From Eledone cirrhosa (Eukaryota): a stretch of 64,000 nucleotides of DNA. Under the pieces are notes generated by a model. That model saw only the letters and a list, made by a program, of their open reading frames with translations. It was not told where the DNA came from and did not search any database. The position numbers and the translations under genes were made by a program. Shown here piece by piece: positions 28,398-40,962 of the stretch (positions are counted from its first letter, which is position 1; each line of letters opens with the position of its first letter). The stretch lies in assembly GCA_964016885.1 (NCBI GenBank), contig OZ024744.1:83886001-83950000 (forward strand), written 5' to 3'.

Positions 28398-29445
28398 TCA
28401 TATGTAGTTGATCATGCTTGCTATAAATGATAGAATGCATTCAGTGGCTTAGATATGCTTGTCATCCATTATTAGCATCGATTCCAGTCAGATGTGCGCG
28501 AATTTTCCGCAGAACTTTGCTTGTTTGTCCGGGACAGGTGGTGAGGTTTCGCCAGTGTTATTGAACTTTAGTGCTTACCTCAACGACCTATCGCGACGCT
28601 TGGCAGAGGGGGTAAAGTTGTGTGAAAAATCAATAATAGCAGTTAAAATAATTGGTCGGTAAGTTTTTATGCGAGGGATAAGTTGCCTTAGTTTTTATTA
28701 TCTACTTTACGGATACATGCCAGATTTCTTTTCTGTTGTCTTGTCAGGCGTCTATTGCAACTAGCATCATACTGGATAGATACTCAATTGTGTCAGTTGA
28801 ATGAATATACAATTATAGCATTATCACTTTCCGTTATTATATTGAAAGAGGAAGATGCCGCAAACGACCAGAACGTGTCCGGAAATGGCAGAGTGTGGAG
28901 CCATCAACAAAGAGGACTGGGGTGAATCTGCTGAATCCACAAATAGCCCCCCACCCCCTAACTCCCAAAGATTTTGCAACAACGAAACAAACATTTAGTT
29001 ATACATGACAAACAAGCAATTTAGCAAACAGCTTATAAGCAATAATAAACACCATGATCACAACCGCAATAACAACGATAAAAATCACGAAAACGAAAGC
29101 AAAAGAAATAACTTCTTCTTATCGTGTCCACAAGAGTGTCAGTTACAGAGCTTGGCTAAGATGTGGTTCCGCCAAAGCTGAACACATTGCTGAACACATT
29201 GCTGTTCCAACAGTGGCATATCAGGAGGTGCTGCGTAATCTGTGGTTCGATGCCGTGGTCACACACAACGTCCGCAGATATTACTACAAAGACAATTACA
29301 GCAATAACTACTACAGTAGAAGAAAAATAACATGGGAGAAATCATAAATCAAATACAGCAAAAGCAGCAGCAGCAACAACAACGCCAACAACAACAACAG
29401 CAGCTGCAGCAACAGTAACAACAACGACCAACTTTTTTGTGAGAA

Positions 29446-29603
29446 TACGATGGTCGGCTTAAAAGTTCATAGGCTGACCATGATGCTCTCATGGAATGAC
29501 CAATTGAGGTTTATTTTTCAACATAGTCCCTGGAAAGAAACAATGCAATTATTAATAAGAAGAGTTGAAATCAAAGCATGCAATAATTCAGCCGAACCTC
29601 GTA
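29446..29603. mobile_element. Mariner-type MITE
   Basis: Ends TACGATGGTCGGCTTA and TCAGCCGAACCTCGTA form imperfect TIRs with TA flanks. Confidence 0.65.
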
Positions 29604-29744
29604 TAATCTGAACTCCTTTTCTTCTCAATTCATTTGTGAAATAACTATTTACAAGGATAAATTTATGGTTAGAACACAGGACCTTGGATTAATACTGTTA
29701 GATAGAATAGACAAAAATGAGTGTCTGTCCGTGAAACATATATA

Positions 29745-29965
29745 GATATACACCAGGTCCGAACACAAAGGAACCAAACTCCCACTATCACTGCCTCTCT
29801 GTCTTTCCCACTAATCCTTTCTCTCACAAATGTGAACCCAAGCGCTGGCCCTCCCACGGACCCAGCGGACTGAGTAGAGAAGGCTTTTCCTCGGAGAATG
29901 GCGTGGAAGACACGTTGGAAGAGCAATTCCAGCTCGTGAGACTCATATCTGCGGGCAGCCAACTC
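29745..29965 (-). mobile_element. CRE-like 3' end, second copy (inverted)
   Basis: ESHELELLFQRVFHAILRGKAFSTQSAG in ORF 29669-29962; homologous to 26951-27175. Confidence 0.7.
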
Positions 29966-30244
29966 AGTGCCTATAGTGATGAAAAGGGAGGTGGCCCAGG
30001 ACCAAGGACATCAGAAGTCTCCATTTATCCATTTGTCATCTGGAATAGAGACCATACCTAGGGGTCCTATTACTTTTTATATTATACAATCATATATGTA
30101 GTTCTATAGAGTTATATACGATTTGTAGAGAACATGTCCCTATTATCTTCAGTTACTACATGTTTAAAATCACTTATTTAGAATATACTCCATGTTTCCT
30201 TGGATTCCAGTGTTCATCTTCTTCTTCTTCTTCTTCTTCTTCTT

Positions 30245-30275
<31 letters not shown>

Positions 30276-30371
30276 TTCTTCTTCTTCTTCTTCTTCTTCT
30301 TCTTCTTCTTCTTCTTCACAGCACTAGCATCACTCCTTCATAGTCAGCCTATGAAGTTTTCAGCCGACCCT

Positions 30372-30417
<46 letters not shown>

Positions 30418-30418
<1 letters not shown>

Positions 30419-31036
30419 AAAATTAAGTTAAATTAATGGTGTCATGTCAGATAGACGTGCGCCATATCACCCGTAAAATATGCTCCAAGATTCCAATGAA
30501 TATATCAGAGCATTTTATATCAACTAGAAATTGATTGACATATAAATATATCTAAAATAAACATATGAAACAATCACAGGGGATAATCTGTAAAAGTGTG
30601 TAAGCACACATAGCTATGTAGGTAACTAAATAAAGTTTAACTAGCACTTCAAAAATAGATACCTTATAATCTTCCTTGTATATATTCCATTAAAGAAATA
30701 TATTTCACCAATTAATCGATTGGTAAACGACAGTAGCCAGATCCTGCATTTTCAACAAAGAAGAGGAGTAACTATCTGTGTTTACGCATCAATTTCAAAT
30801 CAGCGACTGGCCAGTAACACGTGCTGTATTTACTAAAAATACACACATCGTACCAGCTTCGTCCCAATGGCGCGAATCGACAACTAGAAATAGCAGTCAA
30901 GTCCTTTCAACTGAGTTAGCTCGACAATTAAGAGGCCGTATTTATGTATATCCAAAATTAATTTATATATCCCTTGTGATTGTTTCATATGTTTATTTTA
31001 GATATATTTATATGTCAATCAATTTCTAGTTGATAT
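30418..31036. mobile_element. Inverted-repeat Penelope-like element in (TA)n
   Basis: About 69-bp inverted arms at 30516-30585 and 30968-31036; the left arm is extended by a tail of about 100 bp. Confidence 0.65.
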
Positions 31037-31257
31037 ATATATATATATATATATATATAAGATATTTTAACAGGACACATGCCAGTGCTTCTGGTATAAA
31101 TACAGCAGTAAACTAAAGAGTGTTTAGTCGTTCTCACAACGGACCTCTATCTAAAGATCATAGTTGATTATGGCTTTTTCCTTGGAATATGTAACAATGT
31201 CTTCACTAGTGGCCATTTGATTAATTCAAATATATATATATATATATTTGAATTAAT

Positions 31258-31291
<34 letters not shown>

Positions 31292-31296
<5 letters not shown>

Positions 31297-32068
31297 TTAA
31301 AGTGTACGATAAACACGAAATGTGTTTACATTGCAACAGACAAAGTTAGCTATTAATGAAATAAACTAATAAAAGTGAATACAATTTGTCTGTCTCGATA
31401 TAAGTCAATAAAGACAATATTATATTGGCAACAGCCATGATTCCTGGACATATTTAAATTTCAAAATTCAAACCTGTTCTGTAGACGAATTTGAACCTCG
31501 AAACCCAAATAAGTTTCGCAACGGTGGAATGTGAATTGAAAAATAAAGAGAATCGAAATGGAATAGAAATAAAAGAGTGAAATACCCAAACCTTCTGTGC
31601 TTATCAACAGGAATCCAGTAAGATTAGTCTATCACACATCACACATTTTGCAGGACTGACTACACGTGGGTAGGCAGGCCAAAACTAGCTATCCCACATT
31701 CACGGTGCTAGAAATAACAGCCGCTTATGCAGGATTAAGGATCAGCTCATACAATAAAGGAGCAATACATATTATATTTTGAGAATAAACTCAAATTCGT
31801 CTACAGAACAGGTTTGAATTTTGAAATTTAAATATGTCCAGGAATCATGGCTGTTGCCAATATAATATTGTCTTTATTGACTTATATCGAGACAGACAAA
31901 TTGTATTCACTTTTATTAGTTTATTTCATTAATAGCTAACTTTGTCTGTTGCAATGTAAACACATTTCGTGTTTATCGTACACTTTAAATGTATTATTAA
32001 CTGCTCGGAAGAGACCCTTCCTGGAGCTTAATTATTGTAAACAACTGAGAGTTTATTCTCAAAATATA

Positions 32069-32072
<4 letters not shown>
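31292..32072. mobile_element. Inverted-repeat Penelope-like element in (TA)n
   Basis: About 200-bp near-perfect inverted arms at 31292-31493 and 31791-31994; right-arm tail; extra 22-bp inverted pair at 31771-31792 and 32049-32070. Confidence 0.7.
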
Positions 32073-32114
<42 letters not shown>

Positions 32115-32121
32115 AATTAAT

Positions 32122-32168
<47 letters not shown>

Positions 32169-32536
32169 AATGAGTTATTTGTTTTGTTGATTATTCAACA
32201 AAGTTAATTTATAACAGATTAGAAGCACTCAACAGTGTTTTTTCTGGAGTATAATTAATATCAATAATTGTTTCTACTTTTGGCACAAGGCCAGCAATTA
32301 CCCAGTGTATTACTGGTACTTTATTTTATCGACCCCGTAAGGATGAAAGGCAAAGTTAATGAGTTTTTAATACTTATTCACTATCCATATTAAGTTCATA
32401 TGAGGATATGTCACTATCTTTAAACCAAATATTGTATTTTATCTGACGAAAGCGAACCAAAATATTGGTACTCTTGAAATATGTATAATAAAATAGATAT
32501 GGTTTTACAAAGATATTTTCCATTTATTAATGTTAT

Positions 32537-32575
<39 letters not shown>

Positions 32576-32605
32576 GAGGGGTGAGAGAGTGTGTGTGTGT
32601 GTGTG

Positions 32606-32700
<95 letters not shown>

Positions 32701-32711
32701 ACTAATAACAA

Positions 32712-32833
32712 TAATTGTTTCTACTATAGGTACTAGGGCAACAATTTGGTGCCGAGTGGAGAGTCGATTTATTTTATCGACCCAGTAAGGATGAAAGGCA
32801 ACGCCGACCCACGGCGGGATTTGAATTCAGAGT
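32712..32833 (-). mobile_element. Partial SINE abutting the Dong fragment
   Basis: Family body motifs, truncated just past the B-box. Confidence 0.75.
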
Positions 32834-33511
32834 GCCGAGTATGCAAAAAACAGCCAGAGACCATTGACCATATAATTTCAATGTGCAGTCCTATAGCTCC
32901 AACCGAATACCTAAACAGGCATGACAGAGCTGCACAATACATACATTGGATAACGTGTAAGCATTTTGACCTGCCCCATCAAAAGAATTGGTGGGAGCAT
33001 CAACCACCTCCCATACTTGAAAAAGATCACATCTCAATCTTGTGGAACTTTAGCATCCAAACAGACCGAAAAATAGATGCAAACAGACCTGATATAATAT
33101 TGAAGGACTTTCAAAGGAGGGTATGCCTGCCAATTGATATGTCTGTTCCAATAGACAAGAATGTATCTATAAAAACATTTTAAAAATTGAGCAAGTATAA
33201 GGACCTGGAGATAGAAATTGGAAAAATGTGGAAATTGAGAACTAAAACAATACCAGTGGTTGTAGGCGCTCTGGGAATGATACCTAAGGGGTCTAATGAT
33301 TACTTATCGCAGATCCCAGGAGGCCCGCGTATAGGAGAAATACAAAAGATAGTACTAATGGGAACTGCCCATATACTAAGGAAGATTCTGTCAATATAAG
33401 TACATCACAAGTCTAAACACTAAAGATGCATGTGTGAATATGTATGTTCTTTCTTGAACATGGCGGACCTTGTGATAACTCGTATGAACATAAAGCAAGA
33501 TAAATGCAACT

Positions 33512-33546
<35 letters not shown>

Positions 33547-33547
33547 T
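32834..33547 (+). mobile_element. 5'-truncated R4/Dong-like element, family A, with (TAA)n tail
   Basis: ORFs 32746-33183 and 33187-33399 are nearly identical to the 3' part of 2096-3843. Confidence 0.93.
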
Positions 33548-34266
33548 ACCATCAGTATCATCATGATTCAATATTTGTACAGATATAATCATAACACACA
33601 CATATGTGCTTATCTTTGTTGTTATATGTTTGCTCTCACGAATACACTCTTACATATGTCGTTACAACATGCACACGCGATTGTATACGGTTGGACGAAC
33701 ACACACACACACACACATAGATAGATACATATATGCGTTGAAATAATTGATAAATGTTTCTTTCTCTACACCATCCAGAGTTTGTCAACTCATGCTTAGA
33801 TAATGCTTAAACATCTGTTAAACAATTATTTTCTGCAGCCGTTATTAATTCTTTGCACAATCTCCACGCATTTCATATTTGAGTGTTTCTTGTATTATCT
33901 ATTTGTATTGTACGTTAAACTAAAATGTCCAGTTTGGGAAGAAAAAAATGTATTCTAAAAGCATTGACCAACAGAAATGAAAATATAATTTCTATCACCA
34001 ATTGTAACTGTGTACAAATATAAAACAAATTAATAACGCTACCGTCCCTACGCTTTGCAAAAAATCTGATAGACGTTGCCTCATAGTCCTAGCGGAGAGA
34101 AATACGAATAGGTTGTCCAAGGGGTTAATGAGAGAGACAATTTGAACTCACGAGAATTATTCTCTCTCTCCCTCTATATATATCTATCTCTCTCACTCCA
34201 CCACTCTCTCTCCCCCTTCTCTCTCTCTCTCTCTCACTCCTCATCTCCTCTCTCTCTCACTCCTCA

Positions 34267-34319
<53 letters not shown>

Positions 34320-34328
34320 TATTAAAAT

Positions 34329-34912
34329 ACTAGCAGTGGTACCCGGCGTTGCACGGGATAAGGTATTGTGAAATATATAACCGCCTTAGCTAAGCTTAGT
34401 ATTGCCACAACCACGGCTGGCAAAGAAGTAAGGGTCTGGTGGAACGTAAGTAAGCAACACTGTGGCTTAAAACGCGAGGAAGAAGTTGTGTGCACTTACC
34501 AACTGTTTGGGGAATGAGTGTGAGATTTGTCTTGAGCAAGGGTGGAAAATAACCGGGGGCAGCAGACATCAGACATACAGGCAGATGTTTTAAGGGCGCG
34601 TTCTGGACGCAGAGCGAATTGTAGGAAGTGACGTAATGCAGACAGTCAGACATACAGACAGATATTATAAGGGCGCGACGTTATATGTATGTATCTATCT
34701 AAAAAGAGAAAGACTAAGAATTATAGAGAGAGATCGCTAAATCGCCTAATGCGGTCCCTAGGGCATTGAGAATTTGAAATCATTTTTGTTCAGAACACTC
34801 CCTGAAACAAAAGTATTACATGTGTAAAGTTTGAAAACAGACGGTTGGGTGCTTCTTTAGTTTTAGGAATTCAAACTCACACACAGACGGACATCCTCAG
34901 TTTTATATATAT
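34329..34912 (+). mobile_element. Possible non-autonomous Helitron/Helentron-type element
   Basis: Starts ACTAGC..ACCCGGCGTTGCACGGG (short hairpin) and ends CAGACGGAC...TTTTATATATA, resembling HINE-like termini. Confidence 0.45.
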
Positions 34913-35235
34913 ACATATTAAATTTCCATTGCTCTCACTCTACTTATGAAATAAGCACTTTATATACTGTGGTAACCCCTGATTTCAGTCGGGATCAAAA
35001 TATCATATGATTATTCTTTGGGTGGGTCATACTGCCATAAAAATACATGTCTGTGTGTGCATGTGTGTGTGTGCGTGTTTGTGTGTGTTTGTGTGTGAGT
35101 GTGTAAGTGTGCGTGAGTGTGTGTTTATCTGTACACATATATATATATATATGCGCGTATCATTCATACACGCATATATACATACATATATACATACATA
35201 CATTCATACATACGCACATACATGCATACATACAT

Positions 35236-35610
35236 GGTGGCTGCCAACTCGTTTTCTAGTACGGCCACTACTTTATATCCATGTAGGAGAACCCCTACCG
35301 ATGCATTGAACGAGTGTGACTTTTTAGTCCAGCCAGCGACTTGAAAACTCTGGTACAAACACTACACTTGTGACAATTATTGACACATAGTGCTGGGCCC
35401 ATGGTACCATGTGACGACAGGTGCAGAGAGATCTGCAGATATAAAGCAATGCCTGTGCCGTGAAGCTTTTATAGTGAGCAAAGACACTGCACAAAGCCAG
35501 TCCCACTCTCTTAACCAAGATGATATTTACCAAAAAGAAGAACAAGTCAACATCATTGGATACCATCAGAGTTGCAGGTGTTATATCAGAGTTTTCCTTC
35601 TCCTAGAATA
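35236..35610 (-). mobile_element. Bipartite non-autonomous RTE derivative in (CATA)n
   Basis: 35236-35415 matches the 3' end of the RTE at 56381-56560; 35430-35610 matches 47140-47325. Confidence 0.75.
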
Positions 35611-35657
35611 CATACATATATACATACATACACATATACATGATGATACATTGCACG

Positions 35658-38600
35658 ATCTTGGCTATACTTCGTAAACGATGATATCTTCTTGATTGTT
35701 GTTCCCGTCTGCCGTGAGTGGGGGTAGAGGAAGAGACCGGAGTCGCTTGGGTCAGCTTCTGATGCCTTTCTCCTCCTTTCACGGGCCTCAGTAACCTCTG
35801 CCCGTCTCTTCTCTTCAAAAGACTCTTTGGCGCGTCTGGTAAGGGTTCGCCACTCAGTCCTGTCCTGAGCATGTTTTGGGGCGATTCCAGTGTTGTTAGT
35901 GCTGGACTTCACACATACTTTGAACCTCTTGAGAGGCCTGCCCCGCTTTCGTTTCCTCGAACAGAGTTCCCCATACATCAGTTGCTTCGGAAGCCTGTGA
36001 CCATCTATCCTGGATGACATGTCCCACCCATCGAAGTCAGCTCTTCAGTATTTTAGCTTCGACACTGGTTGTCTCAGCCATGTCAAGAAATTCGAGATTG
36101 GAGACGCTTCCCTGCCATTTGATGTTCACGATTGACAGAAGGCTGTGCATGTGGAACCGTTCCAGCTGCTTCAGGAGCCTTCTGTACAGAGTCCATGTCT
36201 CACATCCGTAGAGGAGGCTGTTGAGAACAACGGCCCTGTACAACTTGAGCTTGATGGACTGCTTGATGTGGTGCTGGTTGAGGACGCGTGTCCTCAGGTG
36301 GCCGAGGGGTTGACTGTCCTTGCAGATCCTGGCGTTTATCTGCTTGTCGAGGCTGCTATCGCTGCTGATGACACTGCCGAGGTACAAGAACTCGTCCATC
36401 GTCTCTATCTCCGATAGAGATGGAAGGAGGGTGGGCGACGGAGGCAGGCCCAGGCTGGAACAGGACCTAGGTCTTGCCAAGTCTAATTGTGAGACCGAAG
36501 AGGCAGGAGATCTTCGCAAACTTGTTGACGATGATTTGGAGGTCAGATTCCCTGTGGGGCATGAGGGCACATTCGTCAGCAAAAGGTACCTCCAGGACGA
36601 TCCTCTGCACGGTCCTTGTCCTAGCCGTCAGGCGCCGCAGGTCAAACAGGGAGCATCCAGTCTGTATCGCAGATACACTCCGTGCTCGAGTTCCCTGACG
36701 GCATCATTGAGCACGCAGGTGAAGAACAGGTTGAAGAGGACGGGAGCCAGCAGGCAACCTTGCTTGACTCCGTTGGTGATTTCGAACGGCTGCGATGCCT
36801 CTCCGCCCGAGCGTACCTGCTCGGTCATGTCGTAATGGAATTGCCGTATCAGGTTCACAAAGTTTGTCGTGTATCCAAACTTCGACAGGATCGACAACAG
36901 GGCCTCCCTGTTGACAGTGTCGAAGGCCTTCGTCCAGTCTATGAAGACGGCAAAGAGGTCCATGTTCTGCTCGACACAATTCTCCTGCACCTGGCGTACG
37001 GAGAAGATCATGTCGATCGTGCTGCAGTTTGGGCGGACCCATACTGGGCCTCAGGCATGTTGTCCGCCGAGATTATGGTGATGAGGCGGTTGAGCATGAC
37101 CCGAGCCAGGATCCTCCCAGCTATGGACATGAGAGAGATGCCCCGATAGTTTCCACAGTCAGTTTTGCTGCCTTTGTTCTTAAAAAGTGAGACAACTGTG
37201 GCATCCCTGAAGTTTTGGGGCACCTCTCCTTCCGCCCAGCGTCGACAGTGGAGGGCCTGTTGAGCAGGTTGCTGAAGTGCTCTCTCCACCTCAAGTTGAT
37301 GCTGCTCTTCTCCTTCAGCAGGGTCGAGCCGCCTGCAGACAGGAGCGGTGTGGTGATAGGCATGGAGGCTCCGTAGACGTCCCCGATGGCGCTGAAGAAC
37401 ATCTTGGAGTTCTTTGTGTCAGCGCAGCGTATCTCTCGAATTCTTCGGCCTTCTTCTCCCACCACTCATCCTGCATTCAGCGTAGCACTGCCTGGGTCTG
37501 CCTCTGGAGGTGCTTGAATCAGTCGCGCTTCGAGGTGGAGGAGCTGTCATTCTGCCACTCAATTAAAGCCCTCCTCTTCTCCTCCAGGAGTTGTCTGATG
37601 CACTCATCGTTTACATTCATCAAACCAGTCCTGGTGCACTTTCTTCCTCGGCCCGATATTTTCCATGACTCTGTCACCAACGACCTGAACTAGTCCCACT
37701 GTTGAGTTGGGGTCCGGTCAATGGTCCATGGGCAGTTAGCCGGCGGTCCATGTCATCCGTTAACGTATCACGATGCTCTGGCTGCCTGAGTCGTGCGACG
37801 TCGAAAGCTGGCCTACAGACATTCGGAGTCTTGCGATGCGTCGTTTTGATGTGCAGTGACAGGATGGTCCAACACTCTGCACCACGCATGGCCCTGGTGA
37901 TTCTGACGTCACGGATGTCCCTCCTGAGGCGTATGGCAAAGTCAATCGGATGGTACTTTTTTATCTGGGGTGCATTCATGTCGTCTTCAACTTGTCTGCC
38001 TGGCGGAACAGTATGCTGGTGATGGGGAGGTCGTTCTCGGCGCAGAAACTCAACAGTATGACGCCTCTCCAGTTGCTGCTGTCAAACCCGACTCTTGCGT
38101 TGAAGTCCCCCAGTAGGAAGAGTTTGTCGCTTGGAGGGGGGGGGGGGGCTTCACGAGTGCGTTGAGTTCCCCGTAGAAAGCGTCCTTTGCTTCATCGCTG
38201 CTGGTGAGAGTGGGAACTGATGACTGTGACATGCCGAGACGGGTCGAGAAGGAAGCAGAGCTTCATCAGCCGCTCACTCACAGGTGTTGGGAGGTCTGGT
38301 AGCCGCTTGCAGAACAAAGTATTGATGGCCAGGCCTACCCCGTGGATTCTGCCCTACCCCGTGGATTCTGCCCTAGTCCTTTGCATTGCCCTTCCAGAAA
38401 AAGGTGCATCCTCCTTTTGGTTCTGCTACTGATCCTTCTTCGGGGAGTCTGGTCTCGCTGAGGACGGCCATTTTGATTTGGTAGCAAGCTAAATCCCTCG
38501 CTATGAGGGCAGTTCTTCTCTCTGGCCTGAAGGAGGTTTCCCTATCCATGAGGGTGCGCACATTCCATGCGCTAAGAATCACGTTCGTCTTTCTAGTATG

Positions 38601-39629
38601 TTGGTTTCGACCGCTAGGAAGGGTAAAACCGCCCCTCCCCTCGTGCGAGTGTGAGCAGTGCTCCCATGAAAAGGGCTGCTCAGTCGCCCGGTGGAACGCC
38701 TGACCTCCTCTGTCATCCCAGGGTCAGGAGGAGAACGACTTGCGCATCCAGGCCGTCCACGTGTGGGTTTAAGACTGGCAACTCCCAGAGGTTAACTCCA
38801 CCTGGTACCTCCGCCTCTCGTCCATCGCCGCAGGCCTTTGGGAGTGCACGCTAAAGAAGAAACCTGTGCGGGAAAGGTTTATAGTGGGAGGGCAAGTGCA
38901 CAGTCACGGTCTCACTCACTCGGCCTCAGAAGCAAGAGTAGGTGGTACGGAGGACAGACACGACCAGGGATTTCCTTGGCTGCAGTGGATGGCCACGACG
39001 TCTGTAGTGCCTTGCGGAGCCCTAGCGCTCCACACAGTTTGCTGTCGCCACCTTCGTGACCGTAAGGACGATGTTGTCCTCGCCCACTCTCTCTGCCGGG
39101 TCCATTATTCGGATGCAGGGATAGGCATCCCCTATCTACCCCACCGGGGCGTTTCATACCCTTCCGACTATCCTCAACCTGGTTTGGCCCGCCAGCCAAG
39201 GCGGTTTACCGGGTTGTGACCGCTGTCGCATGCTACAGCTTCTTGGGGCCACAGGTGAGAGCTGAGTGTCAGGTGGGACCCAATGCAGGATGAGTTATCT
39301 GAAAAGGGTATAGCTTTCTCTCACCCCCCCCCCACCCTACAGAGATACATGCCCCTCCCTGACACCCCAGGCATATACAAACGCATATACATACACATAT
39401 ATATGTACATATGTATATACATATTTACACATTTGTTGGATGGCCGTTGACTCTTAACAGTTTTTCCTCCCTTTGTCAGGTTCTGTTTTTTGTCCTGCAG
39501 GGTGTCCAAAATCACCCTCCTCACCAAGTAAACTTGGTGGGGTTGCCATGTTAGTCGCCGACGACCTGACCATGCGACGGGTTGTACTGGTTTACATGTT
39601 ACAGGTAGCACTCAAGAGTGACCTGACAC
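35658..39629 (-). mobile_element. Full-length degenerate RTE LINE, same family as 15983-20060, with 10-bp TSD
   Basis: Homologous ORF pieces (ILSAWNVRTL, CGNYRGISL, KAFDTV, QGCLLAP); TSD ACATTGCACG at 35648-35657 and 39630-39639. Confidence 0.94.
39173..39368 (-). ncRNA. Candidate HDV-like ribozyme in the RTE 5' UTR
   Basis: P1 GGGGTGT/ACAACCC, P2 CTCACCTG/CAGGTTGAG, P3 GGC/GTC, P1.1 CC/GG, P4 CCGCC/GGCGG and J4/2 CCAAA, in the expected nested order. Confidence 0.45.
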
Positions 39630-40087
39630 ACATTGCACGTTATAACATTATTAATAATTACCAATTAATGCTATCGTGCAATGCCTGTGCGTGAGGAAAG
39701 ACTATCTATGTATACATACTTATATTTAAGTAACAGCCGTTCTAAGAGTGAGAAAAGAAATGTCCTTTCATTTTTTCCGTTTATCGTTTTCGGTACCCCG
39801 GCCGATTAACTCACTCGATATGCAAATTAGGCTGCTCAGCCGTTAATATGCATAAGGAAAGTATATATTTTCAGACGTTCAACCATCTGGCAGGTAGGTA
39901 TACGTTGCTGACGATAGCTAATAAGCTTGAAACTAGTACAGCGTTCCTTTGTCAGTTTTGAACAAATGAGCAACGATGGTTGCTAGACACTGTACGGCTT
40001 AATTCGGGATGTTTGTTTACAAACACGCCGAGCATTATAATAAATGTTCGGTGAATCTATACGTACATATATATATATGTGTGCATG

Positions 40088-40151
<64 letters not shown>

Positions 40152-40158
<7 letters not shown>

Positions 40159-40402
40159 AAGTAAAATAAAAAGTCAAATGTTTAAAATTTAGCTTCGTTT
40201 ATTACTGCTATATATATTTCGGTGACAGCCATCTTTGGCTGTCACCGAAATATATATAGCAGTAATAAACGAAGCTAAATTTTAAGCATTTGACTTTTAT
40301 TTTACTTTATTTTACATTACTCCGGAGTAACCAAACCAACCTGCGCACTTCGTCGAGTGCTCCAGCCTGCATACTAGGTGTTGGTATACAACCAGCATAT
40401 AC

Positions 40403-40405
<3 letters not shown>
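40152..40405. mobile_element. Fold-back Penelope-like mini-element with a half hammerhead at the hairpin centre
   Basis: Arms 40152-40231 and 40236-40314 with a 4-nt loop; the centre reads AAGATGG-ctgtca-CCGAAA-TATATA-TA; tail of about 90 bp; (TA)n flanks. Confidence 0.75.
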
Positions 40406-40438
<33 letters not shown>

Positions 40439-40713
40439 CTACTGTACGTCTGTATACATATATGTATGTACGTATACATACTTATATATATGTATATATA
40501 TATATATACACACACACAACACTGATTATACAATACTGACCCCTATATACGACAAACCTTTGTGTGTCGAAATTTATCAACACTAACCAGTTTAGTATTT
40601 CGACAACAGTGTGATATATCAACATGGTATATTTAGAATACTGGGTTTGTAAAGAGCACTTAAGCATTTGATATGATATTAGTGTTACATCAGCAAAAGC
40701 CTAAAAAATATTA

Positions 40714-40962
40714 TTAACCCGTTTCCATACAAAACCACGTGGAACAGATTCTGGTTCTACGATACAAACTGTTTATTTAGAATTACCTATATATATCAAA
40801 AATAATTTCCATCATAATTTTCTGTAAGAGTATTTTGTAAAGATATGCTTCAAACACGAAATAAATAAAGAGAATGTTATTTTATTAAATCGACCTAAAT
40901 TTGCCGTTTTCAAGATTTATAGCTTGTGTTTTTCATTAGAAATTCTTTAGCGAAAAGGTTAA
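40714..40962. mobile_element. Possible piggyBac-type MITE
   Basis: TTAA-CCCGTTTCC ... GCGAAAAGG-TTAA ends; weak TIR. Confidence 0.4.

Noticed and set aside
31830-31900. Hammerhead in the arms of 31292-32072
   Set aside because: No CTGANGA and GAAA pair found
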